Source: Fonticula alba ATCC 38817 (Eukaryota > Protista > Nucleariida). From it: a stretch of DNA of 24,775 bases. A program made the translations under genes and the position numbers. The stretch is from NCBI GenBank assembly GCA_000388065.2, contig KB932220.1; one strand, 5' to 3'. Below the pieces are notes generated by a model. It saw nothing but the letters and a program-made list of their open reading frames with translations, did not search any database and was not told where the DNA came from. This document shows positions 21,645 to 24,775 of this stretch, piece by piece. How positions within the stretch are numbered: the stretch's first letter is position 1; every line of letters begins with the position of its first letter.

Positions 21645-22879
21645 TTAGAGTACCAGCAGTCCCATCCAGATGCTGGCCAATACCGCAAGTTTGAGAGCCA
21701 CCCGTGCCCCAGGGAGATGGCCGGAGATGGCATCATTGCACACCAAATCGATTGGCATAAGGGCAGCGTAGGACCCGGGATGCACTTGCTCACAGGTGTC
21801 GATGTAGTCCAACATGTACCGAGTACAGGCGGTCCGGCTGATGCCTGGCGTGCATGCGAGAAAGGCATTGGTGGCCACAGCGCACTTGATCCCACACTGT
21901 CCGACCGCCGGGTCCGCGAAGTCCTGGCAGTAGGCGTCCCGTTGGTCTTCGGTATTTAGGTAGTACCCATGGCAGTGGAATCCCTTGCCGGGAGCCGGGA
22001 AGTCCAACGACCCGGAATCGTCCCATTCGCTCGAGGAGGAAGTCGCGCTGGAGGCGGCGGAGGAGGAGGAGGACGACGACAGAGAGGATGACGCAGCGGA
22101 GGAAGCCCCGTTTGATGAGTCACCTTTTGAAGACGAGGAGCCCCGGGATCCCCCTCCAGAGGAGGAGCCTGAGGGTGCCCCGACGGCGGACGAGGCTTCG
22201 GAATCCTCAGGTGAGGAGTGCGATGGTGAGCTGCTGCTGCTGCTGCCGCCGCCGCCGCCGCTGCCGCTGCCGCTGCCGCTGCCGCTGCCGCCGCTGCCGC
22301 TGTCGCTGCCATTGGGGCTGCTGCCTCTGGAGTCGGATGCTTCTGAAGGGGAGCCCGCATCGGACGAGCTGTGGCCACCGCCACTGTCAGACTCTGATGG
22401 AGGCGCGGAAGACCAGGAGCCCCAGGCTGAGGAGGAATCGGAGTCGGGCTCGATCGGGCCGCAGATGGTCACCGGATCGCTTTCAACCAACTCCCGAGTT
22501 AGCGGGCCCAGATCGGGGCACTCGCGCTCGATCGATGCCAAGAAGGCCACACACTCCTCCGGATCGAAGGAGATAAGCTGGAGGATCTCTTGGATGCACC
22601 CGTCGGAGCAGTAGTCCACAGCACATGCGGGCTCCTCGATGCGGCCACTTTGGCTGCTTGTGCTGTACCCGGCTGTGTTGGCAAGCTGCAAGACAAACAC
22701 CAGAACTGCCAGTGCTGCATAGTATGGTCAGAGAGGGGAGGGGAGGGGGGGGGGGCGAAAGTGGCAAGGAAGGCGAGCCAGAGCGACAGACAGGAAGGGG
22801 AGGAAGGCCGAAAGAGGATGCCCCTGCATGGCTGCCACATTGGCGAGAACGAACCTACAGGAGCCAACTTGGCTCGCAT
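21645..22879 (-). CDS. Putative GPI-anchored surface protein (signal peptide, Cys domain, Ser/Gly linker, Cys domain, hydrophobic tail), about 364 aa, 2 exons
   Basis: Exon 1 is 22879-22855 (MRAKLAPV). Intron 22854-22715 has donor GTTCGT, branch CTGAC and acceptor ATGCAG. Exon 2 is 22714-21645, in frame, giving the signal peptide MRAKLAPVALAVLVFVLQLANTA. The C-terminus GHLPGARVALKLAVLASIWMGLLVL* has no cytosolic tail. No family recognised. Confidence 0.8.
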
Positions 22880-24048
22880 TGGTGAATGTGTCATCCTGTC
22901 GGACGAAATGCCTGGACACTGGTGAAGGGCTATCCGGCGGGCAGAAGGGACTCGGAAGGGGTGATGGCGGTGCCGGGAGAAAATGGATGCCACGGGGCGC
23001 AGGGCGCCGGGGGGAGTTTGCCATGGGTGACTATGTATCTGACCTCGGGACTCGGCCGGAGGTGGCCACGCCTCCTCGCCACTCCCCCCCCCCCCCCCAC
23101 CCACCCTGGGGGCCTTCCGAATGCAGCTCCCTAGGAGACCTGCCCGGAGGCAGATGGCTCGGAGGGCTGGGGCCATATCACCGAGGGGTACACATGCACG
23201 AGGCCAGCTTCCCGAGTGGAGTGACCCTCGGGTGCGTGCATGCCGGCTGGTGGAAGCAAAAAAAAGGAAAAAAAGAGCACAACGTGCCCATCAGCAACAG
23301 ATGAGCGCAGGATCCGGCGTGCAGGTTCGCCATCTGCGGCCCGGGCTGGCCCTCGTCGTACACAGGGTGGGCCCCCCTGTGCACGTCTCCGCCTCTCGCC
23401 ATGTGTCGGCCCGGCTAGATCCGGGCGCCGGCGTGAGCAGCTTCGGCGTGGAGGCAGAGACAGGCACACGGGCGATATCGTGTCTCCCAGGGGCCGATGC
23501 GAGCGGGGCATGCGAAATATAAACAGAGAACAAGCAGGCACTCAATCCAGACGCAAGGCACTCGACAATCAGTGTCGTGGGCTAGGCCGAGCGCGCGCCA
23601 GCGGACAGGATCTAGAGGTTGAGCCGGCGCAGACAGATCAGCCCCGCTTGGGAGCCATGGAATTGCGCACGCTCAGCCCGATGGCACGATGATCGCCGGC
23701 TGCCCCCTCAACGCAGTCCACATCGATCAAGTTGCCAGAGACAACCCCGAAAGGATTGGGGCCTACCGAGGCCGGCCAAGGGTGGGCCATTTGACAGAAA
23801 CCCGCTGGGTGGCCTGGCCTCCGCATCGGGCTGAGAGGGGCGGGACGCGGTCGCGCACGGCACAAAGGGCATGCGAGGAGGAGGAAGAGGAGGAGAGAAG
23901 GCCGGACAAACTGCGAGTGGCCGGAAGGCCACCTCCGCACGCCAAGTGAGACCGCCAAGCTGAAGCCCCTGGTCCAAGGAAGGCGGCGGGGAAAGGGTAA
24001 ACAGTCCAGCTGCATTGGTGCGGGACCGTAAGGGGGCGGGAGGGGGTA

Positions 24049-24093
24049 GGGGGGGGGGGGGCGGGGGGGCGGAGGGGGGAGCATCGTAGGGGG

Positions 24094-24126
<33 letters not shown>
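24049..24126 (+). repeat. Poly-G tract cluster (G13 at 24049-24061, G30 at 24097-24126)
   Basis: Read directly from the sequence. Homopolymer lengths may be imprecise in the assembly. Confidence 0.85.
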
Positions 24127-24129
<3 letters not shown>

Positions 24130-24136
24130 GAGGGAC

Positions 24137-24226
24137 AGAGGGCACAGAAGGCGCAGAAGGCGCAGAAGGCGTAGAGGGCGCAGAGGGCGCAGAGGGCTCA
24201 GAGGGCGCAGAGGGCGCAGAGGGCGG
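24137..24226. repeat. Minisatellite, 10 copies of the 9-mer AGA(G/A)GGCGC
   Basis: Ten in-register units from AGAGGGCAC to AGAGGGCGG. Confidence 0.93.
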
Positions 24227-24775
24227 TAGGGGGGGGGGGGAGAGAGAGAGGGGGGGCCCTGTGGCTTACGAATTGCCGGACCAAAGCACAGGACCGCACC
24301 CGACCGGCGGGCGTCCGGGGAGCGGCATTTTCCGGCGGGCGAGCCATCTCAGGCGTCTTGGTCCCAGGGGCAGGAGCACCGGCGCAACTCCCACCGTGAG
24401 GCCAGCCGCACCACGTCGCCCCCAGCCATGCTTACGGACAGCCTGCCGCGCCCTCCCGTCGCACATCATCCCCCACCCATGCACATACACTCGCACTTTA
24501 TACACACGCCTATATATATATAATATACATACACCCTTCCGTACCTGGGGCCCCTGGGCCGAGAGAGTGGGTGTAATTGCATGCCCCCGCACATGGAGGA
24601 AGGGGGGGACAAGGTCCCCTGGGCGTCGCCGAGCCACGCGCCCCCTTGTTCCGAACCGGCAGGGAGGGCTCTCTTGAGAACTCCACGCGTGTCCGCTCTG
24701 GTTGCGGGTGCCCCTTCCGTCTGTCCATGCTCCACATTGCCTGCTGAGAGGGGGAACGGGGGGGGGGGGGGGGGG

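Noticed and set aside
21985-22614. Acidic 209-aa plus-strand ORF
   Set aside because: Antisense reading of the Ser/Gly linker of the minus-strand surface protein.
2381-22879. Alternative genetic code (TAA/TAG reassigned)
   Set aside because: SGT ends at TAA right after its conserved C-terminal domain, and the long Prp8 exons have no in-frame TAA or TAG.
21501-24226. Tandem arrays considered as CRISPR-like
   Set aside because: Units are 9-10 nt, head-to-tail, without unique spacers, and in a eukaryotic context with no cas genes.

Overview
GC-rich, intron-containing genomic DNA from a unicellular eukaryote. The standard genetic code is used, and I cannot assign the species from sequence alone. 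I can reconstruct four spliced protein-coding genes: a secreted-type furin-like cysteine-repeat protein (2381-4762, +), an SGT/Sgt2-family TPR co-chaperone (9319-10920, +), a complete intein-free Prp8 (12207-20125, +, about 2365 aa) and an unrecognised GPI-anchor-type surface protein with two Cys domains joined by a Ser/Gly linker (21645-22879, -). There are seven intronless tRNA genes: a six-gene cluster at 5665-8521 and a second, identical tRNA-Ala(AGC) at 20728-20800. Intergenic DNA and introns are rich in G/C homopolymers, microsatellites and short minisatellites. I found no clear new multi-gene system, mobile element or CRISPR array. The most interesting signals concern RNA processing. 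All 12 introns have G at donor +5 and 11 have C at +4 (GTNCGY). Acceptors follow a CTRAY-like branch point with an AG-free, C-rich or A-rich zone instead of a U-rich tract. An AATAGA/AATACA hexamer sits about 290-345 nt after each stop codon. Prp8 itself carries a 25-aa insertion flanked by direct repeats and a divergent RNase H beta-finger. Gene models were built by hand and comparisons to human and yeast proteins are from memory, so both need alignment and RNA-seq checks.
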